DNA of 51,774 bases from Bacteroidales bacterium (lineage in GTDB: Bacteria; Bacteroidota; Bacteroidia; Bacteroidales; UBA932): positions 1-51,774 of the forward strand of contig JAFOER010000006.1 of assembly GCA_017380095.1 (NCBI GenBank), in the 5' to 3' direction. Shown piece by piece: positions 16,456 through 24,999 of the stretch (within the stretch, counting starts at the first letter, position 1; every line of letters begins with the position of its first letter). The translations under genes were made by a program, and so were the position numbers. Below the pieces are notes generated by a model that ran no database searches, was not told the origin of the DNA, and worked only from the letters and a program-made list of their open reading frames with translations.

Positions 16456-18227
16456 TTTCTCTCAAATTTATAGATATGGGTAATGTCCCTGAAATCGTTG
16501 CTCTTGAACTCTATCCCCTCCACCTGCTCTATATTGAACTGCGGTGAATATGTATCGTGGAATTTCTGTGCCTCCTTGTCGCCTATGATCACGTATCCTT
16601 TGTCGGGAGCAAAATCCACAAACGGCACTACCCTGTTGTTCAGATAAAAATTGATGGTAAACGGATGCATCCTGTTTGCCATAACGGTATTTGTAATGTA
16701 TGAATACACATACCCCTCCGGTACCAGCTGTGCAATCTTCATGGCATCCTCCTTGTTAGATTTCACATTCAGCACTGCCGGCTGGAAAATTCCGTCCAAG
16801 GCAACAAACAGCACAAACGCCATTACAATGCCCTGCAATCCCAATCTCATCTTCTCAAACTCCACACAGCACTCACACTTGCATCCCTTGTTTTTATAGA
16901 TGAAGTACCACACCGCAACTGCCAACGGCAACAGTGCAAGGAGGAACCCCACACCAAACGGAAGGTTCTCCAATGCCTCCAGATATGCAATGTTCTCCGC
17001 AGCATGTTTGCCGCCAAAGAGTGAATGAGGAACCACTCCGCACCTTGCAATTATGAATATTCCCGACAACAATGCCATGAGTCCACCCATAATATTGTTG
17101 AACCACCTGAGGGATTTTGGCCTGTTGTGGATGAGCCAGATGATGTACTCTGCAATGAAATAGGCTATGAAAGGATATATCGGGAGGAGATACACACTCC
17201 TCTTGCTCTTTGGTATGCAGTAGAATACAAACATTATTGTTATGCTCAGCAGCGAGAACAGGCGGGCATCGTCCATATTCTTTATCCATTGCACAAACTT
17301 GCTCCACCACTCCTTTGGTTTTGAAGACACCTTTGTATACTTGAGTGTGAATAAAGACAAAAGGAGCAATATTGTATAAGGGACAAATCCCGTAATTACT
17401 GTCATTACATTATACGGCCAAGGGTTCTCGTGCGACGAGTAGCTCATCTTGCCAAGGAACCTGTACACGTTCTCCTCAAGGACAAGCTGAAGGAAAGGCT
17501 CCCCACCCTGTTTCCACGCAGCCACATACCAGAATGCAGGCAAAATGCACGCGGCTAAAGCAACTCCTATGAAAGAGAAGCAGATTCTGATAAAGTTTAT
17601 ACCCCTTATCCAGCAGAAAGCGGCAACCACAGCACAAGGAAGTACCAGACCAACAGGACCTTTTGTAAGGAATGCACCGCTGAGGAAAAGGATACCGAGC
17701 CAAGGGATCCCCCTAAGTTTTTTCTCCGCCCATTTGTAAAGTTCATATAATGCCAAAACCATAAATGCGGCCAGAACCATATCTACACGGCAGTTTACAC
17801 CTGCCCGGTGCACCTCAAAGTTGGTAAGGGTTATAAGGGCTGTAAGCAATGCCAGCTCCCTGCCCCTGCGCTTTGCAAAGAATGAATAACCCACAAGCAC
17901 CATAGCTGCAAGCGCCAAAGCCGAAGGGAATCTTGAAGTGTACTCATTAACCTCACCAACAACAGAAGATGTTGCTGCAATCATCCAATGGAAGAACGGT
18001 GGCTTGTAAGCCATATCCACTCCGTTTGTTGTAGGAAGGGTCCAGTTTGAACCGTTTATCATGGCCTGGGCCACAAGTGCCTCGCGCGGCTCACCTCTTG
18101 TATGGAAACTGCTGCTGCCCAGAAAAAGGAACAAAGAAAGGAAACTCACAAGGGCAACAAGCCAGAAATACTTATCCTTATAGAAACTAACCATTGTTGT
18201 AAATTTATAAACAACAAAGTTAATCAT
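16452..18227 (-). CDS. ArnT/PMT-like GT-C glycosyltransferase (GT83-like)
   Basis: 591 aa and polytopic. The N-terminal loop TRGEPREALVAQAM...YKPPFFHW resembles the ArnT/PMT_2 family. Its stop overlaps the next start by 4 nt (ATGA). An alternative ATG is at 18194. Confidence 0.75.
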   Translation of the reverse strand: MINFVVYKFTTMVSFYKDKYFWLVALVSFLSLFLFLGSSSFHTRGEPREALVAQAMINGSNWTLPTTNGVDMAYKPPFFHWMIAATSSVVGEVNEYTSRFPSALALAAMVLVGYSFFAKRRGRELALLTALITLTNFEVHRAGVNCRVDMVLAAFMVLALYELYKWAEKKLRGIPWLGILFLSGAFLTKGPVGLVLPCAVVAAFCWIRGINFIRICFSFIGVALAACILPAFWYVAAWKQGGEPFLQLVLEENVYRFLGKMSYSSHENPWPYNVMTVITGFVPYTILLLLSLFTLKYTKVSSKPKEWWSKFVQWIKNMDDARLFSLLSITIMFVFYCIPKSKRSVYLLPIYPFIAYFIAEYIIWLIHNRPKSLRWFNNIMGGLMALLSGIFIIARCGVVPHSLFGGKHAAENIAYLEALENLPFGVGFLLALLPLAVAVWYFIYKNKGCKCECCVEFEKMRLGLQGIVMAFVLFVALDGIFQPAVLNVKSNKEDAMKIAQLVPEGYVYSYITNTVMANRMHPFTINFYLNNRVVPFVDFAPDKGYVIIGDKEAQKFHDTYSPQFNIEQVEGIEFKSNDFRDITHIYKFERK

Positions 18228-18256
18228 TTAAAACCAACTATCTTATGATATAAACT

Positions 18257-18297
18257 AAAAAAAAGAGCAACTCTTACGAATTGCTCTTTTCTTTTTT
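18257..18297 (-). terminator. Rho-independent terminator after tRNA-Met
   Basis: AGAGCAA (18264..18270) pairs with TTGCTCT (18281..18287). On the minus strand a run of 8 T follows the stem. Confidence 0.7.
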
Positions 18298-18299
18298 AG

Positions 18300-18372
<73 letters not shown>

Positions 18373-18386
18373 GTGTTATTGGACTG

Positions 18387-18394
18387 CAAAAGTA
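18387..18394 (-). promoter_or_regulatory. Candidate -7 promoter box (TACTTTTG) for tRNA-Met
   Basis: Exact TAnnTTTG match, 14 nt upstream of the mature tRNA 5' end, in the 37-nt gap after hisS. Confidence 0.5.
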
Positions 18395-18409
18395 GAGGTT
18401 ATTTTTCAA

Positions 18410-19759
18410 TTATGCAAATTTTATTTCATCTTTTTTGCAAACAATCTGCTCTCCGGTTACCTGGTTCTTTATATTTACCACACCGTCAGCTATTTCCTGC
18501 TCACCTACAATTACAAAGTAAGGGATGTTTTTCTTGGCTGCATAGTCAAACTGTTTCTTGAGTTTGCTCTTGTCGGGATAAATCTCGCAGTTTATACCCT
18601 GTGCCCTCAAGCCTGCGATGATTGGAAGTGAGTATGCAACCTCCGCATCTCCCATATTTGAGAAGAGCACTTTGGTTCCAATGATTGCCTCTTTAGGGAA
18701 CTTGTCCAGTCCCTGAAGTACATCGTAGATACGGTCTGCACCGAATGAGATACCTACGCCGCTCATTCCAGGAAGTCCGAAGATGCCTGTAAGGTCATCA
18801 TATCTTCCACCGCCGCAGATGCTGCCAATTGCAAAATCCTTTGCCTTTACCTCAAAGATTGCCCCTGTGTAGTAGTTGAGGCCGCGGGCAAGTGAAAGGT
18901 CTATTTCCACCTCCTGTTTTATTCCTGCAACTGCAATGTATCCGAACAGCTCCTCAAGCTCTGCAAGTCCTTTAAGGCCGGCCTCACTGCTTGCCAGGAT
19001 GCCTTTCATTGTTGCAAGTTTCTCCTCAGTTGTACCGCTCAATACCAATACAGGCTCAATGGTTGCAATTCCTTTTTCATCAATTCCCCTCTCAGCAAGC
19101 TCTGCCTTAACGGCATCAAGGCCAATCTTGTCTATCTTGTCTATTGCAACTGTAATGTCAACAAGTTTGTCGGGATGACCAATAACCTCTGCAAGGCCCT
19201 GAAGGACTTTTCTGTTGTTTATCTTGATGCATACATTAATGCCGAACTTTGCAAATACCTCATCCACAATCTGCACGAGTTCAAGCTCGTTGATAAGGGA
19301 TTTGCTGCCTATAACATCCACATCACACTGGTAGAACTCCCTGTAACGCCCTTTCTGAGGACGGTCTGCCCTCCACACCGGCTGAATCTGGTAACGTTTG
19401 AAAGGGAATGCCAGCTCGTTCTGGTGCTGCACAACGTATCTTGCAAACGGTACTGTAAGGTCATATCTGAGACCTTTCTCGCAAACTTTCAATGAAAGGG
19501 CGTTGCTGTTTGCAAGCTCCTCTCCCTGCACTTTTGCAAATGCATCACCCGAGTTGAGGATCTTGAAAAGGAGTTTGTCTCCCTCATCACCGTATTTGCC
19601 CAACAGGGTTGAAAGGTTCTCCATTGAAGGGGTCTCAAGCGGTGCAAAACCGTACTTCTTGAACACCGAACGGATTGTATCAAATATGTAATTTCTTCCT
19701 GCCATCTCTGCAGGTCCAAAGTCTCTTGTTCCCTTTGGAATGCTTGGTTTCTGAGCCAT
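18410..19759 (-). CDS. hisS: Histidine--tRNA ligase
   Basis: Class II motifs ([17 protein letters not shown]) and a C-terminal anticodon-binding domain. 449 aa. Confidence 0.93.
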   Translation of the reverse strand: MAQKPSIPKGTRDFGPAEMAGRNYIFDTIRSVFKKYGFAPLETPSMENLSTLLGKYGDEGDKLLFKILNSGDAFAKVQGEELANSNALSLKVCEKGLRYDLTVPFARYVVQHQNELAFPFKRYQIQPVWRADRPQKGRYREFYQCDVDVIGSKSLINELELVQIVDEVFAKFGINVCIKINNRKVLQGLAEVIGHPDKLVDITVAIDKIDKIGLDAVKAELAERGIDEKGIATIEPVLVLSGTTEEKLATMKGILASSEAGLKGLAELEELFGYIAVAGIKQEVEIDLSLARGLNYYTGAIFEVKAKDFAIGSICGGGRYDDLTGIFGLPGMSGVGISFGADRIYDVLQGLDKFPKEAIIGTKVLFSNMGDAEVAYSLPIIAGLRAQGINCEIYPDKSKLKKQFDYAAKKNIPYFVIVGEQEIADGVVNIKNQVTGEQIVCKKDEIKFA

Positions 19760-19760
19760 A

Positions 19761-21149
19761 TTATTTCTTGTTCTTTAAATATTCATCTATTGCGGCAGCA
19801 GCCTTTCGCCCTGCCCCCATTGCCAAAATTACTGTTGCGGCACCTGTTACCGCATCACCCCCTGCAAATACACCTTCTCTGGTTGTAGCACCCTCCTCAG
19901 TTGCCACCAACCCACCTTTGCGGCTCCTCTCAAGCCCCGGAGTAGTCTGGGCAATCAACGGGTTAGGGGATGTTCCAAGTGCCATTATAACCACATCGGC
20001 CTCCACATTAAAATGTGAATCCGCCACTGCCACCGGCGACCTTCTTCCGCTGGCATCCGGTTCACCCAGCTCCATCTTCTCGCATTTGAGGGCAGTTACC
20101 CAACCCTTTTCATCCCCGACAATCTCTACCGGATTGGTGAGCATCATGAACTCTATCCCCTCCTCTTTTGCGTGGTGCACCTCCTCTGCCCTTGCCGGAA
20201 GTTCCTTCTCTGTCCTGCGGTAAACCACAGTCACCTGAGCTCCAAGGCGCAACGCCGTGCGGGCAGCATCCATAGCAACGTTACCGCCTCCAACGACACA
20301 AACCTTGTTTCCCACATAAATTGGGGTTCTTGCCCCCTCCTTATATGCCTTCATAAGGTTGTTCCTGGTAAGGAACTCATTTGCGGAAACCACTCCATTG
20401 AGGTTCTCGCCAGGAATGTCCATAAATTTTGGAAGACCGGCACCGCTTCCCACAAATACCGCATGGAAGCCCTCCCGGTCAAACATGTCGTCTATTGTAA
20501 GGGTACGGCCTACTACAACGTTTGTCTCTATCTTTACACCCAATCTCTTTACACTCTCTATCTCTGCAGCCACTACCGTATCCTTGGGGAGCCTGAACTC
20601 CGGAATACCGTATGTAAGCACTCCTCCCGCCTTGTGAAGGGCCTCAAATATGGTTACATCATAACCCATCTTGGCAAGGTCACTTGCACAGGCAAGGCCG
20701 CTCGGGCCGCTTCCAATTACCGCTACCCTCTTTCCGTTTGATGGGGCAGTTGCATTGAATGCCACATTGTTTTCCCTGCTCCAGTCTGCAACAAAACGCT
20801 CCAGTTTGCCTATGGCTACAGGCTCTCCCTTCACACCCATAACGCACGAACCCTCGCACTGGCACTCCTGCGGACAAACCCTGCCGCAAATAGCAGGCAA
20901 CGAACTGTCTATTGATATTATCCTTGCCGCATCGGCAAAATCTCCCTTTGCCACAGCCTGAATGAAGAACGGTATCTTCACCGACACAGGGCATGCTGTC
21001 ATACAGGCAGGCCTCTTGCAGTTGAGACACCTGCGTGCCTCAAGCATCGCCTCCTCATCTGTATAGCCGAGACAAACCTCCTTGAAGTTTCTTGCCCTTA
21101 TCTGGGGATCCTGCTCCCTTACGGGAACCCTCGGTATTCTTCCTGCCAT
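19761..21149 (-). CDS. nfnB: NADPH-dependent glutamate synthase small-chain-like oxidoreductase (NfnB-type; often annotated gltA/gltD)
   Basis: N-terminal Cys clusters ([29 protein letters not shown]) and two dinucleotide folds ([20 protein letters not shown]). Paired with a PyrK-like subunit. Confidence 0.75.
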   Translation of the reverse strand: MAGRIPRVPVREQDPQIRARNFKEVCLGYTDEEAMLEARRCLNCKRPACMTACPVSVKIPFFIQAVAKGDFADAARIISIDSSLPAICGRVCPQECQCEGSCVMGVKGEPVAIGKLERFVADWSRENNVAFNATAPSNGKRVAVIGSGPSGLACASDLAKMGYDVTIFEALHKAGGVLTYGIPEFRLPKDTVVAAEIESVKRLGVKIETNVVVGRTLTIDDMFDREGFHAVFVGSGAGLPKFMDIPGENLNGVVSANEFLTRNNLMKAYKEGARTPIYVGNKVCVVGGGNVAMDAARTALRLGAQVTVVYRRTEKELPARAEEVHHAKEEGIEFMMLTNPVEIVGDEKGWVTALKCEKMELGEPDASGRRSPVAVADSHFNVEADVVIMALGTSPNPLIAQTTPGLERSRKGGLVATEEGATTREGVFAGGDAVTGAATVILAMGAGRKAAAAIDEYLKNKK

Positions 21150-22003
21150 TATCTTCCCCTCCCTATTTTACATTTGTGGTCCTCTTCCATCTCCTTCCCC
21201 CTGTACATGGCCTGACGTCTCATCGCCTCATCAAAATCCACCTCATATGCATTGAACTCAGGACCCTCCACACAGGCAAAACGGACTTTGCCGCCAACGG
21301 TTACCCTGCAGGCTCCGCACATTCCCGTTCCGTCCACCATAAGTGTATTGAGGCTCACCACCAGAGGCAAATTGAATTTCCCGGCTGTAAGGGTTACAAA
21401 TTTCATCATTATCATAGGGCCTATTGCCACTGCCTGGGTATACCCCTTTCCCTGGGCCATAAGCTCCTCAAGTTTTGCAGTAACAAGCCCCTTGAATCCT
21501 TTGGAACCGTCGTCTGTACAGATATAAAGGTTATCGCATACCGCCTCCATCTCCTTCTCCAGGATTACAAGGTCGGCAGATTTGGCACCAAGGATCACAT
21601 CTACCTTGGCCCCCTTTTCGTGGAAATATTTTGCCTGCGGGTACACTGGTGCAGTTCCCAAACCGCCCGCTATGAACACGAACGACATCTTCCGGAGCTC
21701 TTCGTCGGGAAGATTCACAAACTCAGACGGCTGCCCCAACGGGCCAACAACATCTGTAAAGCACTCCCCTTCCTGCAAGGCACATATCTCCTTGCTGCTT
21801 GCACCTATGGCCTGGGTTACAATTGTAACCGTTCCCTTCTCCCTGTTGTAGTCACATATTGTGAGAGGAATCCTCTCCCCCTCCTCGTCTGCCCTTACAA
21901 TGAGGAACTGCCCGGGCTGTGCCGCACGGGCAAGCCTGGGAGCCTCTACCTCCATAAGGGTTATTACAGGCGAAAGTACCTCTTTCCTTACTATTCTGTA
22001 CAT
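21149..22003 (-). CDS. nfnA: Sulfide/dihydroorotate dehydrogenase-like FAD/NAD-binding protein (NfnA-type subunit)
   Basis: PyrK-like fold with RIPLTICD, FIAGGLGTAP and the C-terminal 2Fe-2S motif CGACRV. Overlaps the downstream partner by 1 nt. Confidence 0.75.
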   Translation of the reverse strand: MYRIVRKEVLSPVITLMEVEAPRLARAAQPGQFLIVRADEEGERIPLTICDYNREKGTVTIVTQAIGASSKEICALQEGECFTDVVGPLGQPSEFVNLPDEELRKMSFVFIAGGLGTAPVYPQAKYFHEKGAKVDVILGAKSADLVILEKEMEAVCDNLYICTDDGSKGFKGLVTAKLEELMAQGKGYTQAVAIGPMIMMKFVTLTAGKFNLPLVVSLNTLMVDGTGMCGACRVTVGGKVRFACVEGPEFNAYEVDFDEAMRRQAMYRGKEMEEDHKCKIGRGR

Positions 22004-22006
22004 AAA

Positions 22007-24496
22007 TTAAATCTCATTAAGCGACTTGAAACTGTAACCAAGCTTGGTCATGTGCTTGATAATCTCCTCAAGCCTGTCATAAAGTCTGTCTGTCCTCTCC
22101 TCACTTACACCCGGATGGACAAGTATGATTGCACCGTTCAATCCCTCTACAACCTCAAAGTTGAGCAGCTGGTCAATAAGCTGCTGTGAACTTCTGTAGT
22201 TCTTCATCGACGGTGTTGTGTAATCTGCAGGTGTTGATGTACCAGGAGTGTAGTTGAGCACCTTGTATCCGAGGCTCTCTGTAATCCTTACACTCTCGTC
22301 ATTGTAATACTCATATGGAGGGAGGAACCACAATGATTTCTCTTTGGTTATGCCAAATTTCTCAAGCTCCCTTGCGTTTGCAATGATATCATCCTCAATC
22401 TGCTTATAGGTAACAATAAGGGAATCCCTGTTGTCCCATCCGGCATAAAGCATATGGGAGTCTGAATGGCCGCCCACATAATGCTCCTCCTTTATTATTT
22501 TCTCTATGATCTCCTTATGCTCCTCCATCCTCAAGGCATTTCCGGTAAAGAAGAATGAACCTTTGATCCTGTTCTTTTTAAGGGTTTTAAGAATCTTCTC
22601 TCCTCCCTGGAACATTGAGTCTGCTGTAAATACAAGGAATATGTTCTTCTCTTCAGGTTTTATCCTTACAACACAATCATATTTGTCCTTGACAACATTA
22701 AGGGTCTTCTGCTGCTTGCCCATCTCCTCCATTGCAGAAAAATAGTAGGTAAGTCCCGCAGAGCCGTCCATTGTAGGCTCATTACTTGAATAGTCGCCAT
22801 AATCATCATGGTATACAGCCTCTCCCTCATTGAACACTGCAAGATCGTCAGGTCTTGTAAGCGATTCTCCTGCCCTCTCCTCAAAAAGGTCTCTCTGGAT
22901 AGGTCCGTCAATAAGGCCTCCGTAAGTGATGTCATTCCACTCAGTAAGGTATGAAGAGTGAGGATACTGCGGATAATCTGCAATTGAAGGGTAACCCACT
23001 ATCATTGTTGTTCCCCATGGGTTACATCCCAGAAGCCAGTCCCTTAGAGCCATCTCCATCTCCACGAACGAAGAGTCTCCCGATGCAATATTGTATAGTC
23101 TTGCATAAGAAACAGCCGCTGAAGTAAGGTTGTTTGAGCACCACAAGTATGGAACACCGTGCATGAACGGATCGTTCTCTGCATTTTTCTTCAGGATATC
23201 CAGACCAAGCTTCATGAAGCCCTGGTATTTCTTTGCTATCTTTTCATTTGTACTCTTTGCCTGGAGGAAGTGTCCCAGGTTGATGAACGGATACCATTGG
23301 TAGTGATGGTACTCACCTCTTCTGCCAACCTCCATCCAAGGGGTTACAGGCTCAAGGTCTCCCCAGTAGTTTGCCTTCTTGGTCCACTCAGGCATACCTG
23401 TAAACTCTGCCAGAGTTGCTGCTGCAAGCTCAAGGTCATCCACATATGAATCCTCCTCATAGAAGTATGGTGATACAAGACATGCTGTCTGTGTATTGCC
23501 GGGGAACTCCTCGCCAAAGTTGAATGCCTGAACAGCCTTAACCTGTATTGTGTTGGCAAGTTTAGGATCAATATCCTTGAAAATTTGTGCTCCCAACGCA
23601 AAGGTTGAAGCAAATTTTCCTGCAGTTGAAGCAACACCGGTGGTCCTGTTTATATGTTTTCCCAATCCCTGAGGCTTGCCTGTAACAAAATATACAGGTC
23701 TTCCCTCACCAGGGCCCCATCCGTAATCAACTGTATCCTTATGAGGCAATCTGAATCCTGCATGGTCCCTGTCATCGGCAATCTGGTTGAACATCACCTT
23801 GTCCTCAGGGTTCATCTTGTTGAGCCACTCAAGTCCCCATTTGGCCTCATCAAGGATGTCGGGAATACCGTTTGAACCTTTTCTGCCGTTTGCAAGGTAT
23901 TTGTCTTTGAATACAGACTTGTCCTTTGCCATATAGTATGCAAACATCATGTGATAGGTAGCTGTTGCTGATGTTGTCTGGTACTGAAGGTAATCTGTAG
24001 CATCGTGCCAGCCTCCCCTTACGTCAATCTTCTCACCGTTGCGGGTAGGATGGTCTACAATGAATCCGTCGTGCTGGTGGCACAAGGTATCTGTATAAGG
24101 ATTGTCGCCGCATCTCTGCTGCCTCATGTACACGAGCATATAGTCTGCAAGTCCGTCATATACATCTGCCCCAATCCTGAAATTGGGTGATTTGGCATCC
24201 CCACACTCAATGTAGTAGCCTCCCTCCTTCTTCAAATCCGAGAAGTTGAGTCTGTATGCAGAACCCATTTTCCATTTTTCACCGCTTACAGCCTTTGTAT
24301 GCGCAACCAGCACAACCTCACCTGTAACAGCATCGCAAACCTTGAACGATGCAGCCTTTACCGGCTCCTTGGAAATGAATACAGCAACTTTTACATCATT
24401 AGGCAAATAACCTACAGTGTTCACCCTAACCCATTGCTGCGCAAAGAGTTGTACCGAGCAAAACATTACCGCTAAAATAAACAACAGCCTTTTCAT
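22007..24496 (-). CDS. Secreted GH9 glycoside hydrolase fused to a C-terminal polysaccharide deacetylase (CE4-like) domain
   Basis: Signal peptide, an Ig-like CelD_N-type N-domain (VRVNTVGYLP) and GH9 core motifs (GGWHDATDY). The C-terminal ~220 aa carry VFTADS and HSDSH motifs (NodB-like) and ILVHPG. Confidence 0.75.
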   Translation of the reverse strand: MKRLLFILAVMFCSVQLFAQQWVRVNTVGYLPNDVKVAVFISKEPVKAASFKVCDAVTGEVVLVAHTKAVSGEKWKMGSAYRLNFSDLKKEGGYYIECGDAKSPNFRIGADVYDGLADYMLVYMRQQRCGDNPYTDTLCHQHDGFIVDHPTRNGEKIDVRGGWHDATDYLQYQTTSATATYHMMFAYYMAKDKSVFKDKYLANGRKGSNGIPDILDEAKWGLEWLNKMNPEDKVMFNQIADDRDHAGFRLPHKDTVDYGWGPGEGRPVYFVTGKPQGLGKHINRTTGVASTAGKFASTFALGAQIFKDIDPKLANTIQVKAVQAFNFGEEFPGNTQTACLVSPYFYEEDSYVDDLELAAATLAEFTGMPEWTKKANYWGDLEPVTPWMEVGRRGEYHHYQWYPFINLGHFLQAKSTNEKIAKKYQGFMKLGLDILKKNAENDPFMHGVPYLWCSNNLTSAAVSYARLYNIASGDSSFVEMEMALRDWLLGCNPWGTTMIVGYPSIADYPQYPHSSYLTEWNDITYGGLIDGPIQRDLFEERAGESLTRPDDLAVFNEGEAVYHDDYGDYSSNEPTMDGSAGLTYYFSAMEEMGKQQKTLNVVKDKYDCVVRIKPEEKNIFLVFTADSMFQGGEKILKTLKKNRIKGSFFFTGNALRMEEHKEIIEKIIKEEHYVGGHSDSHMLYAGWDNRDSLIVTYKQIEDDIIANARELEKFGITKEKSLWFLPPYEYYNDESVRITESLGYKVLNYTPGTSTPADYTTPSMKNYRSSQQLIDQLLNFEVVEGLNGAIILVHPGVSEERTDRLYDRLEEIIKHMTKLGYSFKSLNEI

Positions 24497-24552
24497 ATGT
24501 GTTCTCCTTTTTACTAAAAATACAATTTACAAATGTACTAACATTTTCCATA

Positions 24553-24580
24553 AATAAAAAGGGCAACCTTACGGCTGCCC
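24553..24580 (-). terminator. Rho-independent terminator after the HMA gene
   Basis: The minus strand reads GGGCAGCC-GTAA-GGTTGCCC followed by TTTTTATTT. Confidence 0.75.
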
Positions 24581-24608
24581 CTGTACAATCATATTCCCAA
24601 ACCGGCTG

Positions 24609-24980
24609 TTAGTGGCTGTGGTTGTGGCCATGCTCGTGGTTATGGTTGTGGTCGTGGCCATGCTCGTGGTTGTGGCCATCCTTAACCTCCTTAACCTCAT
24701 AACCTTTCTTTGCCAAAGCCGCTACAAGCTCCTCCTTTGAGGTCTTTGAAGTGTCAAATTTGATCCAGAAAGTCTGTTTCTCAAGGCTTACTTTCAAATC
24801 CTTGATGCCCTTAACTGTAGGAACTACAGCCTCAGCTTTCTTTACGCAATCGTTGCAGTGAAGATGTACAGAGAAAGTAACCTCCTCAACACCTTTCTTT
24901 TTCTTGTTCTGAGCCTGTGCATTAAAGGTAACGGCAGATACCATAACTGCCAATACCATCATAAATTTGAAAAATTTCAT
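24609..24980 (-). CDS. Secreted heavy-metal-associated (HMA) domain protein with an alternating-His C-terminal tail
   Basis: Signal peptide and an HMA fold with a CNDC metal motif (HLHCNDCVKKAE). The tail DGHNHEHGHDHNHNHEHGHNHSH has 11 His in 23 residues. Confidence 0.8.
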   Translation of the reverse strand: MKFFKFMMVLAVMVSAVTFNAQAQNKKKKGVEEVTFSVHLHCNDCVKKAEAVVPTVKGIKDLKVSLEKQTFWIKFDTSKTSKEELVAALAKKGYEVKEVKDGHNHEHGHDHNHNHEHGHNHSH

Positions 24981-24999
24981 ATCTGTAATGTTTTAAATG

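Noticed and set aside
21092-22189. 365-aa plus-strand ORF
   Set aside because: It is antisense to the NfnA-like gene and the end of GH9. It crosses two real gene boundaries and has no domain signature.
24609-24690. Short tandem repeats that might be a CRISPR array or microsatellite
   Set aside because: They lie inside the HMA coding frame and encode the alternating His tail. There are no spacers of constant length and no cas genes.
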